Counted from the first letter of the stretch, positions 8,299 through 18,816 are shown. The stretch: DNA of 64,000 bases from an uncultured Clostridia bacterium (GCA_946555455.1 CAMNSU010000001.1:16526-80525), one strand, 5' to 3'. Notes: generated from the letters alone by a model not told the origin. Program-made: numbers and translations.

Positions 8299-10494
8299 AT
8301 GAAAACCAAATCTACTTTACTGCACAGAGCATGTCCATTGCTGGTGCTGTTCACTTTGTTTTGCTCGCTTTTCGCAGGTTCCATTGCCGCGGAAGAACAA
8401 ACAATAAGTGTCCAGATTGCCGTTGCGGGACAGTCGGACAGCGGTTTCGCTTTCCTGTCCCAACCGGCAGCTGTTGAACTGGAGAGCGAAAGCGCCAATG
8501 CGTTTGCCGCTTTGCAGACTTCCGGCATCACCTATGAAGCAACCGGCGGCTATGTGACTTCCATTTTGGGACAAGCTGCTTCCGGCATGGACGGCTGGCA
8601 GTTTACCATCAACGACACGCTTGTTTCCGTTGGCGCACAGCAAGCGGCGCTCTCTGACGGCGATGTTGTTCTATGGATTTATACCAAAGGCAGCAACGAT
8701 TATCTCATGCCGACTTGGCAAGCTATGACCGATACCGCGCCGGCAAACAAAACAGAATCCGAAGCGCTTATTGGCGACGGCACAGGTGTTACACTGGACG
8801 CGGACGGCACATTGCTGACGCTTTCCACTGCGCCCGCATCTATTACATACGCCAGCGCGGGCATTGGCGGCAGCGTGTTGTCTCAGGCATATCTGACCAA
8901 AGATGTACCTCTGGTTGTCAAAGACTATTCCATGACCAATGTAACAGGAACCCCCACCAATTTGCAGCTTACTTTAACAGAGGACGGTATTCTGGCGGCG
9001 CCTGCCGACCCTGAAAAACCGGTTCAGGTTGACGCATTTTTGCTGCAGGCGGACGGTGTGGTTTTCCGTCCCACCTCGATTACCTACACACCGGAGACTG
9101 TTTCGGCGGAAATCAGCGTTCAGTTTGCCATTGCGGGTCAAGATGACAACGGATTTTCTTTCCTTGTTCAGCCTGCTCCGCTCACTTTGACAGCCGAACA
9201 GCCACAGACCGTGCTTGGCACTTTAATTGCTTCCGGCACGGAATATGAAGCGACAGACGGTTTTGTCACCTCTGTAAACGGTATTGCAGCGGAAGGCATG
9301 GACGGCTGGCAGTTTCATGTCAATGACACGCCGGTTGCCACAGCGTCGGACAAAACCGCTTTGCAGCAAGGCGACACGGTTCTTTGGGTCTACAGCAAGG
9401 CGGATAACGGCTATCTCATGCCGACTTGGGAAGCCATGACCGGTACTGCACCGGTAAACAAACAACAGCCGGACGCAATGATTGGCGACGGCAAAACCAT
9501 TCAGCTTTCCGATTCAGAAACCAGACTCACGCTTAACCCTGCGCCTGCTTCTGTAACATTTGCCTGCGCAAGCGCAAGCAGCAGCGTGTTGGCGCAAAGC
9601 TGGCTGACTGCCGGCGAGCCGCTCGTTTTAAAAACCTTTACCCTAGACAAACTTTCCGGTACGGACACCAATTTGCAAGTCACGTTAAAAGACGGTGCAT
9701 TCTATCTTGCACCGGCAGATACCAAAAAAGCAGTAGATGTGAAACACTTCAGTCTGCAAGTGGATGGCGTGAACTATCGCGCTGCGGCGGTTTCCTACCG
9801 ACCGGCGACCAGTACGCCGACACCAACGCCAACTCCCACGCCCGGTCGTCCCAGCGGCGGCGGTCGCCCCAGTGGCAGCGGCGGTGGCGGAGGTGTTGTT
9901 GTGGTTCCGCCGACTTCCACGCCGGACGCTTCTGCCGGCGGACAACCTGCCCCAACTCCCGCGCCTGACGGCACAGAATTTTCACAGTCGGATTGGTTTT
10001 ATGCTCCGACGGTGGCGCTGATGGAGAAAAATATCATCAAAGGCGACGCGGATACCGGCGCAGTCCGTCCGAACGATACTATCAACCGCGAAGAAATCGC
10101 TTCTTTGCTTGTATCTGCTTATCAGTTGCCTGTTTTGACACATGAAAATGATTTTGCAGACAGCACCTCCTCCGAGTGGGCGCTGGATTTGCTCTATACA
10201 CTCAAAGAGCGCGGCGTGATGAACGGAGACGGCAGCGGTATGCAGGGACTGCAGCAGGCAACCCGCCTGGACGTTGCGGTGCTGTTGGCGCGCATGGAAG
10301 GTATCACCTCTGCGGACACCGCTGTGTTAGACCGGTTCAGCGACGCTGTTTCCATTCCGGACTGGGCGCGTGCTTCTGTTGCCGCAATGGTGGAAAAAGG
10401 ATATTTGTCCGGTTATGAAGATGGTACGCTGCGCCTGGAACAATCTATTTTGCGCTGCGAAACTTTTGCTTTGCTCTATCGCATGATTGGATAA
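8299..10494 (+). CDS. S-layer-anchored surface protein with two tandem DUF4430 domains, Pro/Thr-Gly linker and C-terminal SLH repeats (putative B12-capture protein)
   Basis: ATG 8299 (MKTKSTLL, signal peptide) with AAGGAGGA RBS. Listed ORF starts at 7975 inside the riboswitch. Two repeats carrying GMDGWQF-VND...GD-VLW-Y signature. TPTPTPTPTPG/GGGG linker. SLH motifs SDWFYAPTVALMEKNIIKG etc. Confidence 0.7.
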   Translation: MKTKSTLLHRACPLLVLFTLFCSLFAGSIAAEEQTISVQIAVAGQSDSGFAFLSQPAAVELESESANAFAALQTSGITYEATGGYVTSILGQAASGMDGWQFTINDTLVSVGAQQAALSDGDVVLWIYTKGSNDYLMPTWQAMTDTAPANKTESEALIGDGTGVTLDADGTLLTLSTAPASITYASAGIGGSVLSQAYLTKDVPLVVKDYSMTNVTGTPTNLQLTLTEDGILAAPADPEKPVQVDAFLLQADGVVFRPTSITYTPETVSAEISVQFAIAGQDDNGFSFLVQPAPLTLTAEQPQTVLGTLIASGTEYEATDGFVTSVNGIAAEGMDGWQFHVNDTPVATASDKTALQQGDTVLWVYSKADNGYLMPTWEAMTGTAPVNKQQPDAMIGDGKTIQLSDSETRLTLNPAPASVTFACASASSSVLAQSWLTAGEPLVLKTFTLDKLSGTDTNLQVTLKDGAFYLAPADTKKAVDVKHFSLQVDGVNYRAAAVSYRPATSTPTPTPTPTPGRPSGGGRPSGSGGGGGVVVVPPTSTPDASAGGQPAPTPAPDGTEFSQSDWFYAPTVALMEKNIIKGDADTGAVRPNDTINREEIASLLVSAYQLPVLTHENDFADSTSSEWALDLLYTLKERGVMNGDGSGMQGLQQATRLDVAVLLARMEGITSADTAVLDRFSDAVSIPDWARASVAAMVEKGYLSGYEDGTLRLEQSILRCETFALLYRMIG

Positions 10495-10652
10495 GTACAG
10501 CTATAGGTCAGAATCATACCATTCTTTTTTCTAACAGTATATTTTCTGTTTTATTCTGACTAGCGCCATTCGCACGAAAATGAATGAATCTATATGAGAC
10601 AAAGCCACTCCTTTTCAGGCGGTATCCAGATAAGTGATAACAATATGATATA

Positions 10653-10691
10653 AAAAATGCGTTCGGCAGACAATACCGAACGCATTTTTTA
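10653..10691. terminator. Bidirectional intrinsic terminator (GCGTTCGG-cagacaata-CCGAACGC flanked by A- and T-runs)
   Basis: Perfect 8-bp stem flanked by AAAAAAT and ATTTTTT, between convergent genes. Confidence 0.7.
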
Positions 10692-10780
10692 GCTTTCACT
10701 AAACGGTTCATTCTTATATCTTTTTTGCAAACCATTATATGATAATACCTAGGTATACTTATGGTACCATCTATGTTGTA

Positions 10781-11077
10781 TCATTTCTTTTCCTCTACAT
10801 AGCGTTCTACTCTCAGCTTCAATTTATATTTTTCCCGCAGGGCGGCTATCTGTGCCATTTGCTCTGATTTATGATGCAAGTCAAGTGCTTCCTGGCTCTG
10901 CCATCGGTCAATTAACAAAACTGTTTCTGTATCGTCCATTGGAAAATAATATTCATATCTTTCATTTCCCGTTTCCGCGCGTACTGCGCTCACAATCCCA
11001 CTCCGTACCATCTCTTCCGCAAATTTTCTGGCATTTCCGTTTTTTCCTGTATAATATAAATGAATGGTAATGCTCAT
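10781..11077 (-). CDS. Antibiotic-biosynthesis-monooxygenase (ABM) domain protein
   Basis: About 98 aa from MSITIHLYYTGKNG, with the ABM-like motif LIDRWQSQEALDLHHKS. Own RBS GAGGGAGGG upstream of ATG 11077. Confidence 0.65.
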   Translation of the reverse strand: MSITIHLYYTGKNGNARKFAEEMVRSGIVSAVRAETGNERYEYYFPMDDTETVLLIDRWQSQEALDLHHKSEQMAQIAALREKYKLKLRVERYVEEKK

Positions 11078-11338
11078 GGCGTTTCCCTCCCTCGATACAA
11101 TCCAATTTATTTTCACATCTTTTTTGGCAGCGGCAAACCACTTGACAGCAAACCGGTTCACGTTTTCGGAAATAGGCGTTGTACCGTCCGCTTGAGGCAA
11201 ACAAAAGTCGAATCTCATGCGGTTCCTAGGGCAGGAAAGCGACCTAAGCCACTGCTCCGTTTTCTCCACGAAATGCGCGGCGGCAAGCGTTGTTTTGCTG
11301 CTTCCGTTCGCGCCGCATATCACAATCCCCTCCGCCAT
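11078..11338 (-). pseudogene. In-frame N-terminal P-loop NTPase fragment (GANGSSKTTLA) fused upstream of the ABM ORF; probable gene remnant
   Basis: 87 codons with a Walker A motif but too short for an NTPase domain. Runs without a stop into the ABM gene, which has its own RBS and start. Confidence 0.4.
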
Positions 11339-11473
11339 ATTTATCTCCGCCGCTCATCAATTTGTCCTCTCATATAGGTGGAAATTTCGTCTCTTAGCAA
11401 TATTCTCTTTTTGACTAGTATACTGTAATAAATGTACTTTTTGGCGCAAAAGTACCAAACATGTAGAATCCTG

Positions 11474-11632
11474 AACTTTTCATTCATGAAATCTTCGGAC
11501 ATACCCTCTGGGGCACGCGCGTGCCGAAGATTTCATACCCTACAGCGTTCGGAGTGCCGCGTCACGCGGCGCGACACGCGAGTGAAGAACGGTGGCAGGG
11601 GGAATTCCCAAGGGGGGGATGAATCGACGGCG
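11474..11632 (+). repeat. R1 structured repeat, copy a (two more copies in tandem at 61364-61747)
   Basis: Shares CTTTTCAtTCATGAAATCTTCGG...CCGAAGATTTCATAC hairpin, GGAGTGCCG..GGCGCGACaCGCGAG core and G-rich 3' end with copies at 61.4-61.7 kb. Confidence 0.7.
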
Positions 11633-11696
11633 TAAGCCGGAGAGAATCCTTTCTTGGAAATCATTATACCATATCTATTCTTTTTATTGCAACAAA

Positions 11697-11735
11697 AAAT
11701 GAGATGCCGGATTATTCCATGCATCTCATTTCCTT
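11697..11735 (-). terminator. Intrinsic terminator ending the rpsM...rplQ (alpha) operon
   Basis: ATGAGATGC...GCATCTCAT stem followed by a T-run on the minus strand, just downstream of the rplQ stop. Confidence 0.7.
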
Positions 11736-11748
11736 ATCATACAAAATT

Positions 11749-12093
11749 TTAGTCAACCAGTTCCAAAATCGCCATGGGCGCTGCGTCTCCGCGGCGCGGA
11801 CCAGCTTTGATGATTCTGGTATATCCGCCATTTCTTTCTGCGTATTTCGGCGCAATTTCATCGAAGAGTTTCACAACTACTTCACGCTTTGTGATAAAGC
11901 CCAGCGCCTGGCGTTTTGTATGCAAGGTATTTTTCTTTCCAAGAGTAATCATTTTTTCAGCAAGCGAACGAACTTCTTTCGCTTTTGCTTCTGTCGTCAT
12001 GATTTTTCCGTTTTCCAGTAATGATGTTACCAGATTTCTCAGCATCATCATTCTGTGCGCGGTCGGACGACCCAGTTTTCTTGTACCTGGCAT
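11749..12093 (-). CDS. rplQ: 50S ribosomal protein L17
   Basis: Translation matches conserved L17. Confidence 0.95.
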   Translation of the reverse strand: MPGTRKLGRPTAHRMMMLRNLVTSLLENGKIMTTEAKAKEVRSLAEKMITLGKKNTLHTKRQALGFITKREVVVKLFDEIAPKYAERNGGYTRIIKAGPRRGDAAPMAILELVD

Positions 12094-12130
12094 ATCTCTT
12101 CAGCCTCCTTTGCGGGTTTATTTCGGAATT

Positions 12131-13078
12131 TTATTCTTCTTCTCTGCTCAGTGACAGACCCAGTGCATGCAGTTTTCCAATGACTTCTTCAAGGGATTTG
12201 CGTCCCAGGTTCCGAACCTTAATCATGTCCTCTTCGGTACGGTTGATTAAGTCTTCTACCGTATTGATTCCTGCGCGTTTCAAACAGTTATACGCACGAA
12301 CCGACAAATCCAGTTCTTCAATTGTCATTTCCAGCACTTTTTCCTTCTTGTTATCATCTTTTTCAATGATAATTTCCGTATTTTTCGCGTTGTCTGACAA
12401 TTCAATGAAGAAACTCAAATAGTCGCTTAAAATCTTTGCACTGATACTAACCGCCTCATCCGGCGACACAATACCATTGGTCCACACTTCAATGGTCAGC
12501 TTGTCATAATCGGTAATCTGTCCCACACGGGTGTTTTCCACCACGTAGTTCACTTTGTGAACCGGCGTATAGATGGAATCCATCTGAATGGTACCGATAA
12601 TGCCGCTGCCCGTTTTATTTTTCTCTGATGGCACATACCCTCTGCCTTTATCCACAGTCATATCCATCACCAGACTGCCATCGCTGCTTAATGTCGCGAT
12701 ATGCAAATCAGGATTCAGGATTTCCACATCAGCATCTGTTTTGATGTCACCTGCGCGAACTTCGCCTTCTCCGTTCATTTCCACAGAAAGCGTCCGCGGT
12801 CCTTCGCCGTCAATCTTTACAACCAGTTGTTTCAGATTGAGGACAATCTCAGTCACATCTTCTTTTACGCCATCAATTTTGGATATTTCGTGTTGAACAC
12901 CTTCAATTTTTACGGAAGTTACCGCCGATCCTTCCAGGGAGGACAGCATGATTCTGCGCAGGGAGTTTCCCAGCGTGATACCATATCCTCGCTCCAGCGG
13001 TTCTACGACGAACTTCCCATAGGTACCGTCCGAACTCAACTCCACCCGCTCGATACGCGGTCTTTCAATTTCTATCAT
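12131..13078 (-). CDS. rpoA: DNA-directed RNA polymerase alpha subunit
   Basis: 315-aa translation is canonical RpoA (NTD plus CTD). Confidence 0.95.
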   Translation of the reverse strand: MIEIERPRIERVELSSDGTYGKFVVEPLERGYGITLGNSLRRIMLSSLEGSAVTSVKIEGVQHEISKIDGVKEDVTEIVLNLKQLVVKIDGEGPRTLSVEMNGEGEVRAGDIKTDADVEILNPDLHIATLSSDGSLVMDMTVDKGRGYVPSEKNKTGSGIIGTIQMDSIYTPVHKVNYVVENTRVGQITDYDKLTIEVWTNGIVSPDEAVSISAKILSDYLSFFIELSDNAKNTEIIIEKDDNKKEKVLEMTIEELDLSVRAYNCLKRAGINTVEDLINRTEEDMIKVRNLGRKSLEEVIGKLHALGLSLSREEE

Positions 13079-13342
13079 CTCGTAACCCTCCTTATGACTT
13101 GAAGCAGAACATTTTCCTCTACTCGTATGTTTCGGGGCGTTTTCGCCGGCTATGCCGCAAACGCCTTGTCTGGTGGGAAAGAGTCTGCCGTCTTTCGCCG
13201 TTTCATCAACATTTCTAATAAGACCCTATTTCTGTTTGACCGGCATCCGGTCTGTGGAGACATTTTGCACTCCACATCCTTTCTACCTGCCGCGGCCTTA
13301 TATTCACTCACTTTATGAGGGCGATATACAGGCATCCTTTTA

Positions 13343-13969
13343 TTATTTGGAGTAAAGCTCAACAATCAAGTGTTCTTCCAGCGGGATTTCAACATCTTCA
13401 CGCGCCGGTGTGGAAACCACTTTTGCTTCCATCGCATCGCCGTTGTATTCTAACCAAGTCGGTTTTGTTCTGTTTGCATTCGCTTCCACGTTATTTTTGA
13501 ATTTATCCAATGCTGCACTCTTTTCAGAGAGTTTAATCACATCTCCGACTTTCAGCAGAATGGAAGAAATTGTCACTCTTCTGCCATTGATTTCAAAATG
13601 ACCGTGACGAATCAGCTGACGCGCTTCCGCACGGGACATGGTAAATCCCAATTTATAAACCGCGTTATCCAGCCGGCTCTCCAAAATTGCCAGCAGGTTT
13701 TCACCTGTAACACCTTTTTTGTTTGAAGCCATTTCAAAATATTTCCGGAATTGTTTTTCCAGAACGCCGTAGTGTCTTCTTGCTTTCTGTTTTTCACGCA
13801 ACTGCAGTCCGTATTCCGACAGTTTCTTACGGCTCATGCCATGTTGACCCGGCGCATATTTTCTTCTGTTAATCGCACATTTATCCGAGTAGCATCTGTC
13901 GCCTTTGAGATATAACTTATCTCCTTCACGGCGGCACAATCTACATACCGGTCCAGTATATCTTGCCAT
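13343..13969 (-). CDS. rpsD: 30S ribosomal protein S4
   Basis: [16 protein letters not shown]... canonical S4. Confidence 0.95.
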   Translation of the reverse strand: MARYTGPVCRLCRREGDKLYLKGDRCYSDKCAINRRKYAPGQHGMSRKKLSEYGLQLREKQKARRHYGVLEKQFRKYFEMASNKKGVTGENLLAILESRLDNAVYKLGFTMSRAEARQLIRHGHFEINGRRVTISSILLKVGDVIKLSEKSAALDKFKNNVEANANRTKPTWLEYNGDAMEAKVVSTPAREDVEIPLEEHLIVELYSK

Positions 13970-13998
13970 GTTTCGTTTGCACCTCCACTCTTTTCAAA

Positions 13999-14397
13999 TT
14001 ACACTCTTCTTCTTTTCGGCGGTCTGCAGCCGTTGTGCGGAATTGGTGTTGTATCCTTAATCATGGTAACTTCCAATCCAGCTGTCTGCAACGCACGAAT
14101 TGCCGCTTCACGACCAGCGCCCGGTCCTTTTACGAAAACTTCAACGGTTTTCAGACCGTGTTCCATTGCAGCGTTTGCTGCGGTTTCCGCTGCCATCTGT
14201 GCTGCAAACGGCGTGTTTTTACGGGAACCTCTAAAGCCCAGTCCGCCGGCGCTTGCCCAAGACAGAGCGTTGCCCGCTGTGTCCGTGATAGTAACAATAG
14301 TGTTATTGAAAGTTGAACGGATATGCACCGCACCTCTATCTACATGTTTTTTCTCGCGACGTTTTCTTGTACCTTTTTTCGTAGCCGTCTTTGCCAT
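13999..14397 (-). CDS. rpsK: 30S ribosomal protein S11
   Basis: Canonical S11 sequence. Confidence 0.95.
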   Translation of the reverse strand: MAKTATKKGTRKRREKKHVDRGAVHIRSTFNNTIVTITDTAGNALSWASAGGLGFRGSRKNTPFAAQMAAETAANAAMEHGLKTVEVFVKGPGAGREAAIRALQTAGLEVTMIKDTTPIPHNGCRPPKRRRV

Positions 14398-14446
14398 TTT
14401 GCACTCTCCCTCCCCACTTATGGTTTTGGTTGATTCAAATCATCTA

Positions 14447-14815
14447 TTATTTTTTCTTGTTTGCAATTGTCTTTCTGGGACCTTTGCGGGTTCTTGCATT
14501 GGTTTTTGTTTTCTGACCGCGTACCGGCAGACCTTTTCTGTGTCTGATGCCGCGGTAGCAACCAATTTCCATCAGGCGTTTGATGTTCAGCGCCACTTCG
14601 CGGCGCAGGTCACCTTCCACCTGGTATTCTTTATCAATTGCAGCACGCAGTTTTGCGATGTCGTCCTCAGTCAGGTCTTTGACTCTGATGTCCGGATTGA
14701 CACCGGTTTCCTTCAGGATTTTCTGTGCGCTTGGTTTGCCAATTCCAAAAATATAGGTCAGCCCAATTTCCACACGTTTTTCTCTGGGCAAATCCACTCC
14801 GGCAATTCTCGCCAT
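14447..14815 (-). CDS. rpsM: 30S ribosomal protein S13
   Basis: [14 protein letters not shown]... canonical S13. Confidence 0.95.
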   Translation of the reverse strand: MARIAGVDLPREKRVEIGLTYIFGIGKPSAQKILKETGVNPDIRVKDLTEDDIAKLRAAIDKEYQVEGDLRREVALNIKRLMEIGCYRGIRHRKGLPVRGQKTKTNARTRKGPRKTIANKKK

Positions 14816-14937
14816 ACTTTTGCACCTCCTACTGCATCCAAATTGTAATATCTATTTCACTGAATCATACAAATACTTTTCTTTTATGGAAAGCATTTAT
14901 CAGCCGCTCATGATTCAACACTGAAATACGCCTATGT

Positions 14938-15051
14938 TTATCCCTGTTTTTGTTTGTGCTTCGGATTTTCACAGATTACCATAACTTTGCCTTTGCGTTT
15001 GATAATTCTGCACTTTTCGCACATGGGTTTTACAGATGGTTTCACCTTCAT
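14938..15051 (-). CDS. rpmJ: 50S ribosomal protein L36 (37 aa; below ORF-track length cutoff)
   Basis: Minus-strand read ATGAAGGTGAAACCATCTGTAAAACCCATGTGCGAAAAGTGCAGAATTATCAAACGCAAAGGC... gives [37 protein letters not shown]. Confidence 0.9.
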   Translation of the reverse strand: MKVKPSVKPMCEKCRIIKRKGKVMVICENPKHKQKQG

Positions 15052-15102
15052 GTCGGGTACCTCCCTCATCTTCAAAGTATCTGCTTCTACTCTATGTTTC
15101 TT

Positions 15103-15321
15103 TTATTTCGCACGCCAGGTTATTCTTCCTTTGGTCAGGTCATAGGGCGACATTTCCACTGTGACTTTATCGCCCGGCAAAATCTTAATGAAATTCATTC
15201 TGAGTTTGCCGGAAATATGCGCCAAAATGGTGTGCCCGTTTTCCAATTCCACATGGAACATGGCATTGGGCAGTGTTTCTACCACTGTGCCTTCCAGTTC
15301 GATGATATTTTCTTTTGCCAA
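15103..15321 (-). CDS. infA: Translation initiation factor IF-1
   Basis: [22 protein letters not shown]... canonical IF-1. Confidence 0.95.
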   Translation of the reverse strand: MAKENIIELEGTVVETLPNAMFHVELENGHTILAHISGKLRMNFIKILPGDKVTVEMSPYDLTKGRITWRAK

Positions 15322-15337
15322 GGAAACATCCTCCTTT

Positions 15338-15586
15338 TCAACGTGGCTGGGCAGCGCCCAGCAGAGTTCTGATTTTCTTATCCGTCAAATCGTCTGTAAT
15401 CGTGATGGGCTGCGCGTCCGTCAGACGCACATGCTTCCATTTCTTCCGTTTCGGTTTTTCCATTTTCCGCCGCTTACCGTCGGCAAGCAGAACATAGTCC
15501 CCCTCCTGCCGGAGCACCAGAAAAAGCGTTCCGCTGTCGTGCCCCGCCATTGATTTGACAATGCTTCCGGTTTTGATTTCTAGCAT
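15338..15586 (-). CDS. KOW-domain RNA-binding protein (common insert between map and infA in Clostridia)
   Basis: 82-aa basic protein with a KOW-like GxxV..AG..G motif. Confidence 0.55.
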   Translation of the reverse strand: MLEIKTGSIVKSMAGHDSGTLFLVLRQEGDYVLLADGKRRKMEKPKRKKWKHVRLTDAQPITITDDLTDKKIRTLLGAAQPR

Positions 15587-16341
15587 GTTCCATCACCTAT
15601 CGTTGTGATTTCCGGTTCATCTTCCGTTATGATAATCGTGTTTTCATAATGGGCAGATAAACTTCCGTCTTTTGTCACAACGCCCCACCCATCTTTTAGC
15701 ACGCGTACCTCATAGTCTCCTGCATTGACCATTGGTTCTACCGCAATGGTCATGCCCGGTGCAAAACGGATACCGCGTCCCGGATTGCCGAAATTCGGCA
15801 CGTCCGGCGACTCGTGCAAATGGGCGCCGATTCCATGGCCGACTAAATCTCGAACGACTGAATAACCATGGGATTCTACATATGCCTGTACTGCGTGCGA
15901 TAAATCTCCCAAGCGGTTGCCCACTCGGGCTTTGCGAATGCCTTCAAAAAAGCTTTGTCGTGTCACCTCTATCAAGCGGGCTGCTTCCGGCGAAATCGTT
16001 CCGACCGGAAACGTTCTCGCCGCGTCCGCGTGATAACCGCAGTAGCAGACGCCAACATCCAGACTAATGATATCCCCTTCCGACAGTTTCATCTGTCTCG
16101 CGGGAATTCCATGCACCACCATCTCGTTCGGCGAAGCACAAATGCTTCCCGGGAAACCATTATAGTTTTTAAACGAGGGGGTTGCATTCCGACTGGTAAT
16201 GAAATCATATGCCAGCTGGTCCAGATGTTTCGTATCGACACCCGGGTGAATTTCTTCCCGCAGAACTTCAAATGTTTCCGCAAGAATCTTCCCCGCGTGC
16301 CGCATCAACTCTAATTCTTGTTTGCTTTTTGTTGTAATCAA
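15580..16341 (-). CDS. map: Type I methionine aminopeptidase
   Basis: Canonical MetAP. Listed ORF starts at TTG 16368, which overlaps the adk stop. The likely start is TTG at 16341 ((M)ITTKSKQELELMR) with RBS GAAGGAAGGTG. Confidence 0.9.
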   Translation of the reverse strand: MITTKSKQELELMRHAGKILAETFEVLREEIHPGVDTKHLDQLAYDFITSRNATPSFKNYNGFPGSICASPNEMVVHGIPARQMKLSEGDIISLDVGVCYCGYHADAARTFPVGTISPEAARLIEVTRQSFFEGIRKARVGNRLGDLSHAVQAYVESHGYSVVRDLVGHGIGAHLHESPDVPNFGNPGRGIRFAPGMTIAVEPMVNAGDYEVRVLKDGWGVVTKDGSLSAHYENTIIITEDEPEITTIGDGTC

Positions 16342-16357
16342 CCGGGCACCTTCCTTC

Positions 16358-16990
16358 TCATTTGTCAAGCGCTTGAAAGAGCATTTCAGTCGTATGCTCC
16401 ACTTCTTTCTGTCCCTTCACCGTAACCAGATTTCCTTTTTCACGATAAAAGCGAATCAGCGGCTCTGTTTGAGAATGATAGACCTCCAGCCGTATTTTCA
16501 CAGTTTCCTCTGTGTCGTCGTCGCGGGTCACAAGCGTTCCGCCGCATTTGTCGCACAGACTGTCTTTTTCAGATGGGTTGTCATCAATATGGTATACTGC
16601 TCCGCATTCGCCGCATTGTCTGCGTCCCGAAATCCGGCGGACGACTTCTTCATCCGCAACGTCAATCAAAATGACTTTATCAAACTGTATCCCCATATCG
16701 TCTGCAGCCTGTGCCTGCCGGAGCGTCCGCGGAAAACCGTCCAAAATGTACCCATTTTTACAGTCCTCCTCTGCAAGCCGCTCCCGCACGATAGCAATTG
16801 TCACATCATCAGGAACCAGCTGCCCTTTGTCGATATATTCTTTCGCCAGCTTTCCGGAAGGCGTCATCTGTTCCATCGCCTTTCGGAAAATTGCACCGGT
16901 GGAAATGGTTGGAATCCGGTAGCGTTCTACCAATTTCTCCGCCTGTGTTCCTTTTCCGGCTGCCGGCGGTCCTAATAATAAAAGTTTCAT
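16358..16990 (-). CDS. adk: Adenylate kinase
   Basis: GPPAAGKGTQ P-loop and the zinc-finger lid CDKCGG. Confidence 0.95.
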   Translation of the reverse strand: MKLLLLGPPAAGKGTQAEKLVERYRIPTISTGAIFRKAMEQMTPSGKLAKEYIDKGQLVPDDVTIAIVRERLAEEDCKNGYILDGFPRTLRQAQAADDMGIQFDKVILIDVADEEVVRRISGRRQCGECGAVYHIDDNPSEKDSLCDKCGGTLVTRDDDTEETVKIRLEVYHSQTEPLIRFYREKGNLVTVKGQKEVEHTTEMLFQALDK

Positions 16991-17050
16991 ATCGTCCCCT
17001 CTGAATCTCTTTTCTAAAATATCGTCCTCTTTGGTAAACGGAAGTTTTCC

Positions 17051-18346
17051 TTATTCGAGGAATCCTTTGTAATGACGCATCATGAGCTGAGATTCCAACT
17101 GACGGTAGGTTTCCAGTGCAACACCAACCAAAATCAGCAAGGAAGTTCCGCTAAATCCGATTGATACATTGGTTTTAGATGCCAACATCGGCAGTACCGC
17201 AATAAATGCGATAAAAATGGAACCCATTACTGTTACGCGGTTCATTACGCGGGAAATATATTCGCTAGTCGGACGTCCCGGGCGGATACCCGGAATAAAT
17301 CCGCCATTTGCTTTGATGTTGTTTGACATTTCAATCGGGTTGTACATCATCGCTGTGTAGAAGAATGTGAAGAAGATAATCAGGATGAAATACAACAGTG
17401 CATAGAACCAAGATGTTGGGCCAATGAATTTCAGAAATCCTTCCAGCCAAGACCCTTGTTTTGCACCGCCGAACAACTGCGCAATCGTTGACGGGAATGC
17501 CATCAGCGAGGACGCAAAGATAATCGGGATAACACCTGCCATTGCCACTTTAAACGGAATGTGGGTGCTCTGTCCGCCATACATTTTTCTGCCAACAACA
17601 CGTTTTGCATATTGTACCGGAATTCTGCGTTCTGCATCGTTCATCAAAACCACCAGCGCGAATACTATCAAAACGGCTGCGACAATAACAACGCCAATCA
17701 GCCAAGACATTGTTCCGCCCTGCACGGCAACGATAAACTGCTGAATCATACTCGGTACGCGTGTTACAATACCGGTAAAGATAATCATTGAAATACCATT
17801 GCCAACGCCTTTATCGGAAATCTGTTCTCCAATCCACATCAGGAATGCTGTTCCCGCTGTGAGCGAAATCACAATCGTTGCAAAACTCATGAATCCCGGA
17901 TTGGATACCAGACTGCTGTTCACCAGACCGACATAGATACCGGACGCTTGAATGAACGCCAGAATCACGGTGCTGTAGCGTGTCCATTTTTCAATGATTT
18001 TTCTGCCTTCTTGTCCTTCTTTTGCCAGACGTTCCAAAGCCGGAATCGCCACGGTCAAAAGCTGGATGATAATGGATGCCGTTACATACGGCGTAATACT
18101 CATAGCAAAGATAGATGCATTTTCCAGCGCACCACCGCCGATGATGTTCAAAAAGTTAAAAATCGACGCCTGACCAGCTTGTGTTGCACCAGCACCAATT
18201 CCCATGAGTTGGGCGATTGCATCGCTTTTTATGCCAGGGACGGAAATCACACAGCCCAATTGGAAGATTGCCAGCATTAATCCTGTAAAGAGCAGCTTCT
18301 TCCGCAGGTCGGGCACTTTCCATGCGTTAATTAAGGTTTTAATCAC
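17051..18346 (-). CDS. secY: Preprotein translocase subunit SecY
   Basis: 431-aa, 10-TM canonical SecY. Confidence 0.95.
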   Translation of the reverse strand: MIKTLINAWKVPDLRKKLLFTGLMLAIFQLGCVISVPGIKSDAIAQLMGIGAGATQAGQASIFNFLNIIGGGALENASIFAMSITPYVTASIIIQLLTVAIPALERLAKEGQEGRKIIEKWTRYSTVILAFIQASGIYVGLVNSSLVSNPGFMSFATIVISLTAGTAFLMWIGEQISDKGVGNGISMIIFTGIVTRVPSMIQQFIVAVQGGTMSWLIGVVIVAAVLIVFALVVLMNDAERRIPVQYAKRVVGRKMYGGQSTHIPFKVAMAGVIPIIFASSLMAFPSTIAQLFGGAKQGSWLEGFLKFIGPTSWFYALLYFILIIFFTFFYTAMMYNPIEMSNNIKANGGFIPGIRPGRPTSEYISRVMNRVTVMGSIFIAFIAVLPMLASKTNVSIGFSGTSLLILVGVALETYRQLESQLMMRHYKGFLE

Positions 18347-18347
18347 C

Positions 18348-18788
18348 TTACATCACCTCTACCTTTCCGCCTGCTGCTTCAATCTTTTCTTTCGCTCCTT
18401 TTGTCACGCGCGCTGCCTGGACAGTCAGTTTCTTTTCGATGCTGCCTGTTCCCAGTACAACCACGCCGTCATAAGTTTTGCGAATAACACCGGATTCTTT
18501 CAAAAGCTGCGGCGTTACGACAGTACCGTCTTCAAATTTATTCAAATCTGTCAGTTTTACTTCTGCATATTGTTTAGCAAAAATATTGGTAAATCCACGT
18601 TTCGGAATTCTTCTGTAGAGAGGCATCTGACCCCCTTCAAAACCCGGTCTTACACCGCCGCCGGAACGTGCATTCTGCCCTTTATGTCCTTTGCCGGCTG
18701 TTTTACCGTTTCCGCTTCCGTGTCCGCGACCTTTTCTCTTCACGTCTTTCGTGGAGCCGGGCGCCGGTGAAAGTTCATGTAGACGCAT
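18348..18788 (-). CDS. rplO: 50S ribosomal protein L15
   Basis: Canonical L15. Confidence 0.95.
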   Translation of the reverse strand: MRLHELSPAPGSTKDVKRKGRGHGSGNGKTAGKGHKGQNARSGGGVRPGFEGGQMPLYRRIPKRGFTNIFAKQYAEVKLTDLNKFEDGTVVTPQLLKESGVIRKTYDGVVVLGTGSIEKKLTVQAARVTKGAKEKIEAAGGKVEVM

Positions 18789-18816
18789 TTCCTTCGCCTC
18801 CTTTCGGTCTAATTTC

